Virus record (IMG/VR): IMGVR_UViG_3300027621_000003
Span: 1 to 64,000 of that record
Strand: one strand, 5' to 3'
Length of the DNA stretch: 64,000 bases
A program made the position numbers and the translations under genes. Within the stretch, counting starts at the first letter, position 1, and each line of letters opens with the position of its first letter. Positions 44,897-53,297 of the stretch are shown one piece after another. The notes beneath the pieces were generated by a model, which was given only the letters and a program-made list of their open reading frames with translations, was not told the DNA's origin and did not search any database.

Positions 44897-45385
44897 TTAG
44901 TAAACTAAGATACAACGGTCCATTTGTAATGTAACGTCTAATCCTGCTAATTTGTCATCACTATATGATACACCATCCCAAGCGGATTTTGTAATCATAC
45001 ATTGTTCAAGAATCCATTTTTCCACAACAACACCTGTTGGGTCCAACATCTCAAGGTCAACATTCTTTTTATAACCTGCAGCATATCCCATACGACCTGT
45101 AACTGATTCAGCGTGTAAACGAACCCACTCCATAAGAGCTTGTGTTGCTGATGGACCAATTGGGTCACGGAATTTAACTGAGATTGGATTCCATTTAAAT
45201 CTACCAGCTACATATGTAGAAGTGTTCAAAAATTGTATCTCAACAGGGTTAATATCAATACTTGGTCTTCCTGATGATTCTACGAACCATTCATTAATAC
45301 CTAAAGTTGTGTCAAACCTAAGTATAAATCGGTTCGCTCTTTTTGGTTCGTAAGGAACCGGCATTTTCATTAATAAATCAGCCAT
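44897..45385 (-). CDS. Tail tube protein (T4 gp19-like)
   Basis: EPKRANRF, YVAGRFKWNPISVKFRD, ALMEW, GYKKNVDLEMLDPTGVVVEKW. Confidence 0.9.
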   Translation of the reverse strand: MADLLMKMPVPYEPKRANRFILRFDTTLGINEWFVESSGRPSIDINPVEIQFLNTSTYVAGRFKWNPISVKFRDPIGPSATQALMEWVRLHAESVTGRMGYAAGYKKNVDLEMLDPTGVVVEKWILEQCMITKSAWDGVSYSDDKLAGLDVTLQMDRCILVY

Positions 45386-45426
45386 GGTATATTTTTTTTT
45401 TAGTTTTTTGTTTTAGTTTATTTATT

Positions 45427-45434
45427 TATAAATA
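45427..45434 (-). promoter_or_regulatory. TATTTATA putative late promoter (tail tube)
   Basis: 41 nt upstream of the tube ATG, followed by an A-rich leader. Confidence 0.6.
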
Positions 45435-45488
45435 CTCGTTGTTTGAAAATTTTTGTGTTTACTTTGATTTTTTAAAAATTATGATTCT

Positions 45489-46325
45489 TTAGTATCTGGT
45501 TTTAGTTCCTCCAGCAGTATAATAAGTCTTTAATACTGGTTCATCTTTAAAACTCTTCTTCATTACTTCTACATTCTTTAAGTCATCATCTGAAAAACCA
45601 ATACTAGGCACAAATTTATTTTTCACATCATCTTTAACATATAATTTTTTACCCATTTCTTTAGCCTGTCCTTTTACATATGAAATAAATTCTTTCATTG
45701 CTTGGACTTTTAATTCCTCGGGGTTGGCGGCTCCTGCGTCTGTACCAAAACTAACAGGATAATATTTGTTCATATCCATATAGTCTTTTATTAATTCCAT
45801 ATCCGATTTGTCCTCCATATTTGAAAGGTCACGGAATTTTCTAAGATTCTTAATTAATAAGTCTTTATTAATACCCATATGGTCAGAAATAATAAGATTA
45901 TAAATTGCGTCTTTAATTGTCTCGGGGTTGTGTCCACGTGCGGTGATTATTGAAAAAATTGACCCGTTGTTGATTGCCTCCACAAAATCAGACCAAGCGG
46001 GACCTGGTTTACCTTTCATGGTATCAATTTTAAATTGTTTATCACCACCCGTTCTAAAATTACGAAAAGGTTCGTCAGAATATCCAACTATTTTACTACC
46101 TTTGTAATCAAATGGTTCTACACCAATTTCACTTCTATATTCTGCAAAATCTTCTGTAGACATACCAACTTCATTGTCATTTTCATCTTTAACAATAATT
46201 TTTGTTGGCATCATCATGATATTATCATCCCAATCAAAGGCATAATATTTCATGTCAGGCGTACCAACATCATCAAAACCTTCAAGTAATGATGATGTTG
46301 GATTTAGTATTTTTTTTCTAATCAT
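45489..46325 (-). CDS. HAD-superfamily phosphatase
   Basis: Motif I AFDWDDNI, motif II IITARGH, conserved Lys, motif IV GFSDDDLKN. Confidence 0.8.
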   Translation of the reverse strand: MIRKKILNPTSSLLEGFDDVGTPDMKYYAFDWDDNIMMMPTKIIVKDENDNEVGMSTEDFAEYRSEIGVEPFDYKGSKIVGYSDEPFRNFRTGGDKQFKIDTMKGKPGPAWSDFVEAINNGSIFSIITARGHNPETIKDAIYNLIISDHMGINKDLLIKNLRKFRDLSNMEDKSDMELIKDYMDMNKYYPVSFGTDAGAANPEELKVQAMKEFISYVKGQAKEMGKKLYVKDDVKNKFVPSIGFSDDDLKNVEVMKKSFKDEPVLKTYYTAGGTKTRY

Positions 46326-46332
46326 TTAAAGA

Positions 46333-49300
46333 TTAAATATTTTCAAATGACGCTCCTGTTGGAGTTATTAAGAATTCAATGTCAATGAATTCCAACGCTT
46401 TTGTTGGTTTCAAGTAAATTTTACCCGACATAGTATTTCTGTCTAAATCTTCAGGTGAATTACTTACAGTAACACGGAAATCATATAAACCTCTGTCTCT
46501 TCTAATAGCGTCCAAGATAGGGTTAACTGAATCCAAGAAGTCTTGTCTTACCTTAGCGTCGTTTTGTTCAAACAATAATCTTACCGCCACCGCTGAAATT
46601 AACTTACGAGCTTGTAATAACAATCTTCTTACGTTAATTCTGTTAAGTGCTGTGTCAGCAATTTGTAATGTTTTATTACCCCAAATTACAGTTCCAACAT
46701 CTGAGAAAGTTGCGATAGGGTTAATTCTACCTTGGTACAAAGTATCTCTATCTTCTTGTGTAAGCTTCTTACGTGCTTTAACAGCATTTACCAAACCTCT
46801 TGTGTAACCCGCAGTTGCGAACCATGGGAACGAAATGTTATCAGTCAACGCTAAGTTTCTACAAACTTCATTTGTTGGTGGTATGTAAATTTGTGTGTTA
46901 TTTACAGTATCTCTTACCAAAATCCATGGGTAATAAGTTGCTGTGTAGTTAGAATCAATTCCTGTATTATCTAAGTTATTAACCGCTTCTGTTGGGTAGA
47001 TGAAATCAGCTATATTTGTTACTGGTACAAACATTGCTGTATCAGGTGTTGTACAAATGTAGATTGAATCCGCTCTATCAAATGTTACCATAGAAATTGA
47101 ATCCTCAACCAAGTTTGAGTTATTAACATAATCAATACCAGGTGTTGCAAATACATTTATGTTAACCGCTTCAGGGTTTGCGAAAGTATTAATACCTAAC
47201 AAGTATGCGTAGTAGTCAGTATTTGAATAATCTGTAAAGTTACTAATAGCAATTGGTTTGAAAGCTCCCCAACCAGTTGCGTTAGGGTATCTTGTAGTTG
47301 GACAAGCTCCCGCTTGGTATCCACTACCACCTAATATAAATCTATCTGTATTTGTTCTACTTTCACTATAAATATCCCAACCATCAAATCCACCTTGTAA
47401 TAATAATGTGAATTTTCTTGCTTGGATTTGGAAGTATGGATTTGCGGGTGTTTCAGGGTCAGATTGGAATGAAGCAACCCCACAATCAAACGCTGGTGTT
47501 CCTGAAGTAGTACCATAAGCAATATTTACAACTGTTGCTCCCGAATCCATGTGGAATCCTTTAGTTACAGTATCCCAAGGTAAAGCATCACCTTCAACAC
47601 ATAAATCAAGAGGTTTTTGTTTACCTTTATATTCAAAGAATAATGGGTCATAACCAATTTGAGATGAAATACCCAAATAAGTACTTCTTACTTTATCACC
47701 GCCAGATACCGCTTTGTTATCAAAACCTGTATATGAGAATGGTGGGTTTGTAACAATACCAAATGGTGGGTTGTAAATTACTTCACCTGGGAAGTTGTAT
47801 GCCACTTTATAAACTGGGAATGGAGAAGTTGCTGAACCGTATGTTCTAATAACATATCCTTCAAAACCACAAGGTACACTTTCAGGATTTGCTTCAGTGT
47901 TCATCTCCAACATTATGTACTTAGAATTCAATGAGTATTCTCCATCACTAGTACCAATTTTAACACCAACATAGTTATTGTTTGTTGGGTCCATAGTACA
48001 ATTTGTGTATTTTTCTATAACAACAGGATTAGCATCTGTATCAAAGAAATCACGAACCGCAATGTCAAAACTTAAGTTGTTAAATGAAATATTTTGGATT
48101 GAAATTTTAATTTGAGTGTTTGCGCTATTACCATCAGCAATTGAATAAAACTTAAACAATCTTTCAACTGTAGAACCATTAAGTTCAGATACAACCCACG
48201 GTGATTCAGGTGATTGGTATTGTTCCAAGTAGTTAGCAATTGTACCTGTAGTTACAGGGTTTCTTAAACCTGGTAAACTAATTAACGATGAGTTAATACC
48301 TCTGATGTAACCTTTGTTATAACCATAAGTCAACATTGTTTGGAATTGTTCTTCAACAAACAATGGTGTTTCAACTCTATTTTTACCGAAGTTAGAAATA
48401 CCAAATACTTTTGTAATATAATTTGTGTCGTTACTATTCATAGACGCAACAAACGAGAACGAATCTGGTGTTTCAGCGTTGTCAGTATAACCTGAAATCG
48501 CAAATTGTGCGAATGGGTTTTGAGAAATTCCTGAATAAGAACCTGAATTATCTATAATAACATCAGTTGTTCCTGTAATTTGATATTGTGGACCATGATA
48601 GTCTGATGTAAACAACGAAACACCTCTTGAACGTAAAGTTGCAACAACAACATCATTCCAACCTTCATATGCAGTACCTGAGTATGTATAAGTTTTACCT
48701 GTGATAGTTCCTGAATAGTTACCAGAACCTAAATCAGTCATTGCGGATACTACGTTAAAGAAAGAATATCCTGTATAAGTATCTCCTGTTGTAATATCAA
48801 AGTTTGCGTAATACCAAGTATCATCACTTGGTGATGTAAAGTCAGCATCATAAACAGAAAGTCCAGACACATTATAAACGTTTGTCTGAGCGGTATATCC
48901 TGGTAATAACGAATTATAATCAGATGTTGACACGGTTCCAAAAATGTATGCCGATGCTCCTGAAGTAGTTCCTGAGTTATTAATGATTGTTTGAATTTGA
49001 TTATATAAATCCGTAGTAATTGTTGATACACCACCATTATATTGTGTGTATGTATTTCCTGTTTGGATTATAGATGGGAATGATGAAGTATATGTAATAG
49101 CAGTTCCACCTGTTGTTCCCGTAAAGGTAACAGAGTATGTTGTACCTGTTGATACACTAAGACCCACAGTACTTCCGTCAACATTGGCAATTGTTGTGAT
49201 TGACCAAGATGAACCCGCATCATAACCAGATAAACCCAACACCCTTGTTACAAACAATTGGTTAGATTGTTGAAGGTATGATTTTGCTATATAAGCCAAC

Positions 49301-49527
49301 TCATATTTTGGGATTTGAGTGTTTACAAATTTTTCGGGGATGGTTCCACCGAAATATGATTCAAAATCATTATAATTTGTAATGAAGATTGGTTCGAAAG
49401 CCGGACCTGTTAATGTCTCCCCAACAAGACCAAGAGTGGTTACCCCCACACTTTGAGCTACGAAGCTAAGGTCTCTCTCTGATGTGTATACACCAGGAGA
49501 TACGAATACTTTATTTGATACTGCCAT
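46333..49527 (-). CDS. Contractile tail sheath protein (T4 gp18-like)
   Basis: FVSPGVYTSERDLS, GPAFEP, PWFATAGYTRG, LYQGRINPI, IWGNKTLQ, LNRINVRRLL, KPTKALEFIDIEF. Confidence 0.96.
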   Translation of the reverse strand: MAVSNKVFVSPGVYTSERDLSFVAQSVGVTTLGLVGETLTGPAFEPIFITNYNDFESYFGGTIPEKFVNTQIPKYELAYIAKSYLQQSNQLFVTRVLGLSGYDAGSSWSITTIANVDGSTVGLSVSTGTTYSVTFTGTTGGTAITYTSSFPSIIQTGNTYTQYNGGVSTITTDLYNQIQTIINNSGTTSGASAYIFGTVSTSDYNSLLPGYTAQTNVYNVSGLSVYDADFTSPSDDTWYYANFDITTGDTYTGYSFFNVVSAMTDLGSGNYSGTITGKTYTYSGTAYEGWNDVVVATLRSRGVSLFTSDYHGPQYQITGTTDVIIDNSGSYSGISQNPFAQFAISGYTDNAETPDSFSFVASMNSNDTNYITKVFGISNFGKNRVETPLFVEEQFQTMLTYGYNKGYIRGINSSLISLPGLRNPVTTGTIANYLEQYQSPESPWVVSELNGSTVERLFKFYSIADGNSANTQIKISIQNISFNNLSFDIAVRDFFDTDANPVVIEKYTNCTMDPTNNNYVGVKIGTSDGEYSLNSKYIMLEMNTEANPESVPCGFEGYVIRTYGSATSPFPVYKVAYNFPGEVIYNPPFGIVTNPPFSYTGFDNKAVSGGDKVRSTYLGISSQIGYDPLFFEYKGKQKPLDLCVEGDALPWDTVTKGFHMDSGATVVNIAYGTTSGTPAFDCGVASFQSDPETPANPYFQIQARKFTLLLQGGFDGWDIYSESRTNTDRFILGGSGYQAGACPTTRYPNATGWGAFKPIAISNFTDYSNTDYYAYLLGINTFANPEAVNINVFATPGIDYVNNSNLVEDSISMVTFDRADSIYICTTPDTAMFVPVTNIADFIYPTEAVNNLDNTGIDSNYTATYYPWILVRDTVNNTQIYIPPTNEVCRNLALTDNISFPWFATAGYTRGLVNAVKARKKLTQEDRDTLYQGRINPIATFSDVGTVIWGNKTLQIADTALNRINVRRLLLQARKLISAVAVRLLFEQNDAKVRQDFLDSVNPILDAIRRDRGLYDFRVTVSNSPEDLDRNTMSGKIYLKPTKALEFIDIEFLITPTGASFENI

Positions 49528-49561
49528 TTTGTTTTAGTTATTCAGTTTTATTTATTTTATA

Positions 49562-49569
49562 GATAAATA
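49562..49569 (-). promoter_or_regulatory. TATTTATC putative late promoter (tail sheath)
   Basis: 34 nt upstream of the sheath ATG. Confidence 0.6.
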
Positions 49570-49618
49570 TTAACAGATTTAAGAAAAACTTTACTTTACG
49601 CCATCTATTTATAATATG

Positions 49619-49647
49619 GGCAGATTATTTTCTGCCTTTATTCTACC
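49619..49647 (+). promoter_or_regulatory. Operator-like repeats upstream of the small DNA-binding gene
   Basis: GGCAGA-N6-TCTGCC inverted pair plus TCTACC 11 nt later, ending 1 nt before ATG 49649. Confidence 0.45.
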
Positions 49648-49648
49648 T

Positions 49649-49804
49649 ATGGAAAAGAAAATAAAGAATTTGAAGATATCAATAGAGTCACACGATATTT
49701 TAAAGAAATACTGTGAAAAACACGGTATTAAGATGTATAGATTTTTGGAAAATTTGATTAAAGAAAAATGTCAAACTAAAAAAGACATTTATGGTGAATC
49801 ATGA
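49649..49804 (+). CDS. Small ribbon-helix-helix-like DNA-binding protein
   Basis: MEKKIKNLKISIESHDILKKYCEKHGIKMYRFLENLIKEKC shows a beta-strand plus two helices pattern. Start moved from 49616 to ATG 49649. Confidence 0.6.
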   Translation: MEKKIKNLKISIESHDILKKYCEKHGIKMYRFLENLIKEKCQTKKDIYGES

Positions 49805-50923
49805 GTGGGGATTCCCATTTGAGTTTGGTTGTGGTGGAACATCATAATTTACACCAAACAATTTGATTGCGTAATTGAATGTTGATGGTAATGTTGCATC
49901 GGGTCTACTTGTAACAACAAGTCTTAAAGTATCGTTGGTATTGACTTGTATTAATGAAACATCACTACCATAAAAATCAAAAGTTAATTGTCCTTGTGGT
50001 TTTATATACACATCAAAATCGGTAATATTTATTTTTGTTAGTAAATTAAAATCACCCGTATAATCAACCATTAAATCAGTTTGTGTTGACCCACTTGGTA
50101 CAGAAACACTTAAATTATATTCATCAATATTTTCGGGGTATTTTTTTCTTTTTGGTCTTGATGTTTGAGCAGATACTTCAAAAGTATTTAACACACGAGA
50201 AACCGCAGGGGCAACTTCAAACTCATCTTCATCCAATAAAAATCCTAACATGGTGAATTCATAATTTTGGATGTAGAATCTTCTTCTTTGAACATCAACA
50301 ACTGATTCATCAGAAATGGTACCCATAATAATTGGAATGTAATGACCGTTGATTTGTCTATAGGCTTGTCTTGACGCAAAAGTTTGAATCACATTTTTGT
50401 TAAACTCATTTAACTCCCTCATTCTATTACAAACAATTTTTACATTATAGGTAATATCAACAGGAACGGGTTGTGGAATTTTATAAATGTCCAAACCTTT
50501 GATGTTTCCATTCCAAGACGGAACGGCTGCGTAAAAATATTCTTTTCTGTTTGGAATATTATAAATGATTGCGGGATTGCTTCCGTATTTAACTTCAGGT
50601 TGACGAACAACCGTAATAAAAGGTAATGTTGGATTACCATTCAAATCTTGAATGTTCCAAGTTTCTGTAAATTGAGCCCAGTTTTGTGTAGTAATAATTA
50701 AATCAATCATTGGTATTATACTACCAGCGACCGTTGTTTGCAAATCTTCTTTAACAAAATCTAAAAACCCCCTATCTAACTCGGGATGCATTAATGACTT
50801 TGGTAAAAAAGTTCCATCTTTTTTAATATCTTCAAGCAATTGTTCTCTACGAGCCAAAAGAATTTTTTCTGGCTTGAGATTGATGGTTGGAATAATCTCT
50901 TTTCGTTTTCTTGGTAATGCCAT
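49799..50923 (-). CDS. Tail terminator / sheath stabiliser (T4 gp15-like)
   Basis: LPFITVVR...PQPVPVDITYNVKI...ELNEF...YEFTMLGFL; upstream of the sheath gene. Confidence 0.65.
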   Translation of the reverse strand: MALPRKRKEIIPTINLKPEKILLARREQLLEDIKKDGTFLPKSLMHPELDRGFLDFVKEDLQTTVAGSIIPMIDLIITTQNWAQFTETWNIQDLNGNPTLPFITVVRQPEVKYGSNPAIIYNIPNRKEYFYAAVPSWNGNIKGLDIYKIPQPVPVDITYNVKIVCNRMRELNEFNKNVIQTFASRQAYRQINGHYIPIIMGTISDESVVDVQRRRFYIQNYEFTMLGFLLDEDEFEVAPAVSRVLNTFEVSAQTSRPKRKKYPENIDEYNLSVSVPSGSTQTDLMVDYTGDFNLLTKINITDFDVYIKPQGQLTFDFYGSDVSLIQVNTNDTLRLVVTSRPDATLPSTFNYAIKLFGVNYDVPPQPNSNGNPHS

Positions 50924-51438
50924 TATAATCCCATAAATTCGTTTTCACTTGCAGGTGTTGCAGTGTAAGAAAAGTAAAATCCTTTATATCCACCATAAGT
51001 GTGTTTATTGTCATAGTCAGGAATACCTGCGTCCATTATTGAATAATACCTAACTTCGGATTCTGTTATCCAATACCCGATATAATCACCCAATTCAATA
51101 TCAACTTGTAAATCAGCGAGTTCTTGTTTATAAACGGAAAACTTTAACAAACCAGGTTCATTTTGAATAATTTTACTACTACCTAAAAATTGACTTGACG
51201 CTTCTTCAATCCTAACATAAGCATTAATTGATACGGGTGCTAAAAATTGTATTCCGTTTTGTTGTACCTCACCGTAAACATCATCATTAACTGTTTTTGT
51301 TCTATCAACCTTGTAAAGTACAATGGTAAAATTCATATCCCCACCAAGCCATTCACGACCCATAGAAATATCTAATGAGAAATCTTCCCCACCAAAAAAT
51401 TTACCTAATCTTGTAATTGGAACGAGTTGTTGTGCCAT
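50923..51438 (-). CDS. Head closure / neck protein (T4 gp14-like)
   Basis: LYKVD...DDVYGE, IELGDYIGY...RYYSI; coupled to the gp15-like gene. Confidence 0.6.
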   Translation of the reverse strand: MAQQLVPITRLGKFFGGEDFSLDISMGREWLGGDMNFTIVLYKVDRTKTVNDDVYGEVQQNGIQFLAPVSINAYVRIEEASSQFLGSSKIIQNEPGLLKFSVYKQELADLQVDIELGDYIGYWITESEVRYYSIMDAGIPDYDNKHTYGGYKGFYFSYTATPASENEFMGL

Positions 51439-51440
51439 AC

Positions 51441-51469
51441 TTGATAAATATACATAAATTGATTATCTT
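51441..51469 (+). promoter_or_regulatory. Sigma70-like promoter of the SNF2 gene, overlapping a divergent TATTTAT motif
   Basis: TTGATA-N17-TATCTT, 8 nt before the TTG start; minus-strand TATTTATC at 51443-51450. Confidence 0.5.
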
Positions 51470-51477
51470 TTATTAGA

Positions 51478-53247
51478 TTGGAAAATACTGAAAACACATA
51501 TAATGTCTCTGTGTTAGAAAGAAGGGCTCTTGATTTGTTAGAGACATATCAGGGTGCCAATAATTACATCATACGTTTAAGACAAAAACAAATTGATAAT
51601 AAAAAGTTTTACCCAACTCGTGCTCAAGCCGAGTACATTATAAATTATCACGAAACCGCACCAAAGGTTGCGAAGAAATGGGTGGAACTTGATTCTTATT
51701 TTGCCCAAAAAATTGCTAATGACAAATTACTTTCATCTGTACCAACAAAAGTATATGTTGAAAAACTTTTGGTTGAAAAAGATACCGCCTATCATATTTG
51801 GGGAAAATATTTTGAATCAGAACAAGTCTATGACTTTTGGATTCCAAAGGTTGCGTTGATAAAAGACAATAAAGTTAAGGATGTTGTGATTGATTATGAA
51901 AAATATTCTCACCGTCCACCACTTGAACACCAAAAAGAGGCTATTAAATCTTTGGTTGAGAATAAAAAGTTTATTCTTGCTGATGATATGGGTTTGGGTA
52001 AAACAACATCAACTATTATTGCCGCTTTGGAAACAGGGGCAAAAAAGATTTTGATTATTTGTCCGGCATCTTTGAAGATTAATTGGCAACGTGAGATTGA
52101 AAATTATTCAGACAAACCAACGTCAATCATTGAAGGTAAAAAATGGGAAGATGGTACTTTTGTTATCATCAATTATGACATCATTAAAAATTTCCACGAT
52201 GAAAAAAAGAAAGATGATTCTGTTTTATTGAAAACAAAGTTTGATTTGGTGATTATTGATGAAGCACACTACATTCAAAACAAACAAGCTCAAAGAACCA
52301 AGTTAATCAATGACTTTGTATCCAATGTTGAAAGACTTTGGTTGTTAACAGGTACACCAATTACTTCAAGACCAATTAATTACTTCAATTTATTGAACTT
52401 AATTGAGTGTCCTGTAGCTAAAAATTGGATGGCTTATGTTAAAAGGTATTGTAATGGTTTTCAATTCCAAGCAGGAAGAAGAAAAATTTGGAATGTTAGT
52501 GGAGCATCCAACTTGGAAGAGTTAAGAGACCGAACCGCACCCTTGGTGTTAAGAAGATTAAAGGAAAATGTTTTAGATTTACCCGATAAAATCATTACAC
52601 CAGTTTATTTAAGATTAAAATCAAAAGAATATGAAGCCTTAATGGGTGAGTATTATGATTGGTACGATAAAAATGGTGATTCTGATTCATTAACACTTCA
52701 GTTTACCAAACTTACAAAAGTAAGACAGGTGATTGCCGAAGAAAAAGTTCCATCAACAATTGAAATTTGTGAAAACATTGTTGAACAAGGTAAGAAAGTA
52801 ATTGTTTTTACTAACTTTACCAAAACATTGGAGATGATATTAGAACATTTTGGAAAAAGTGCTGTTAGACTTGATGGACAAATGTCCCAAAAAGAAAGAC
52901 AATTGTCCGTTGACCGTTTTCAAAACGATGAGAGTGTTATGGTATTTGTTGGGAACATAAAAGCCGCTGGTGTTGGTATTACATTGACAGCGGGTGAGGC
53001 GGTTGTAATGAACGATTTGTCCTTTTTACCATCAGACCACTCTCAAGCAGAGGATAGAAGTTACCGTTATGGACAAAAAAATAATGTATTAGTTTATTAT
53101 CCAATTTTTGACAACACGGTAGAAGGAATCATCTATGACATACTCAAAAAGAAGAAAGACATCTTTGAAACCGTGATGGGTGATAAGGTAGACAATGGCG
53201 ATTATGTTCAAGAAATACTAGAACTTATAAATAATTGGAGGCGATAA
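51478..53247 (+). CDS. SNF2-family (SMARCAL1/HARP-like) helicase
   Basis: ILADDMGLGKT, CPASLKINW, IIDEAH, LLTGTP, RRLKENVL, AAGVGITL, QAEDRSYRYGQ. Confidence 0.93.
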   Translation: MENTENTYNVSVLERRALDLLETYQGANNYIIRLRQKQIDNKKFYPTRAQAEYIINYHETAPKVAKKWVELDSYFAQKIANDKLLSSVPTKVYVEKLLVEKDTAYHIWGKYFESEQVYDFWIPKVALIKDNKVKDVVIDYEKYSHRPPLEHQKEAIKSLVENKKFILADDMGLGKTTSTIIAALETGAKKILIICPASLKINWQREIENYSDKPTSIIEGKKWEDGTFVIINYDIIKNFHDEKKKDDSVLLKTKFDLVIIDEAHYIQNKQAQRTKLINDFVSNVERLWLLTGTPITSRPINYFNLLNLIECPVAKNWMAYVKRYCNGFQFQAGRRKIWNVSGASNLEELRDRTAPLVLRRLKENVLDLPDKIITPVYLRLKSKEYEALMGEYYDWYDKNGDSDSLTLQFTKLTKVRQVIAEEKVPSTIEICENIVEQGKKVIVFTNFTKTLEMILEHFGKSAVRLDGQMSQKERQLSVDRFQNDESVMVFVGNIKAAGVGITLTAGEAVVMNDLSFLPSDHSQAEDRSYRYGQKNNVLVYYPIFDNTVEGIIYDILKKKKDIFETVMGDKVDNGDYVQEILELINNWRR

Positions 53248-53260
53248 TCAAACTTCGGCT

Positions 53261-53268
53261 TATTTATA
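53261..53268 (+). promoter_or_regulatory. TATTTATA putative late promoter (SOD fusion)
   Basis: The motif switches strand with gene orientation; 29 nt upstream of ATG. Confidence 0.65.
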
Positions 53269-53297
53269 ATTAATAAACATTAATAAAAGCCGACCTT

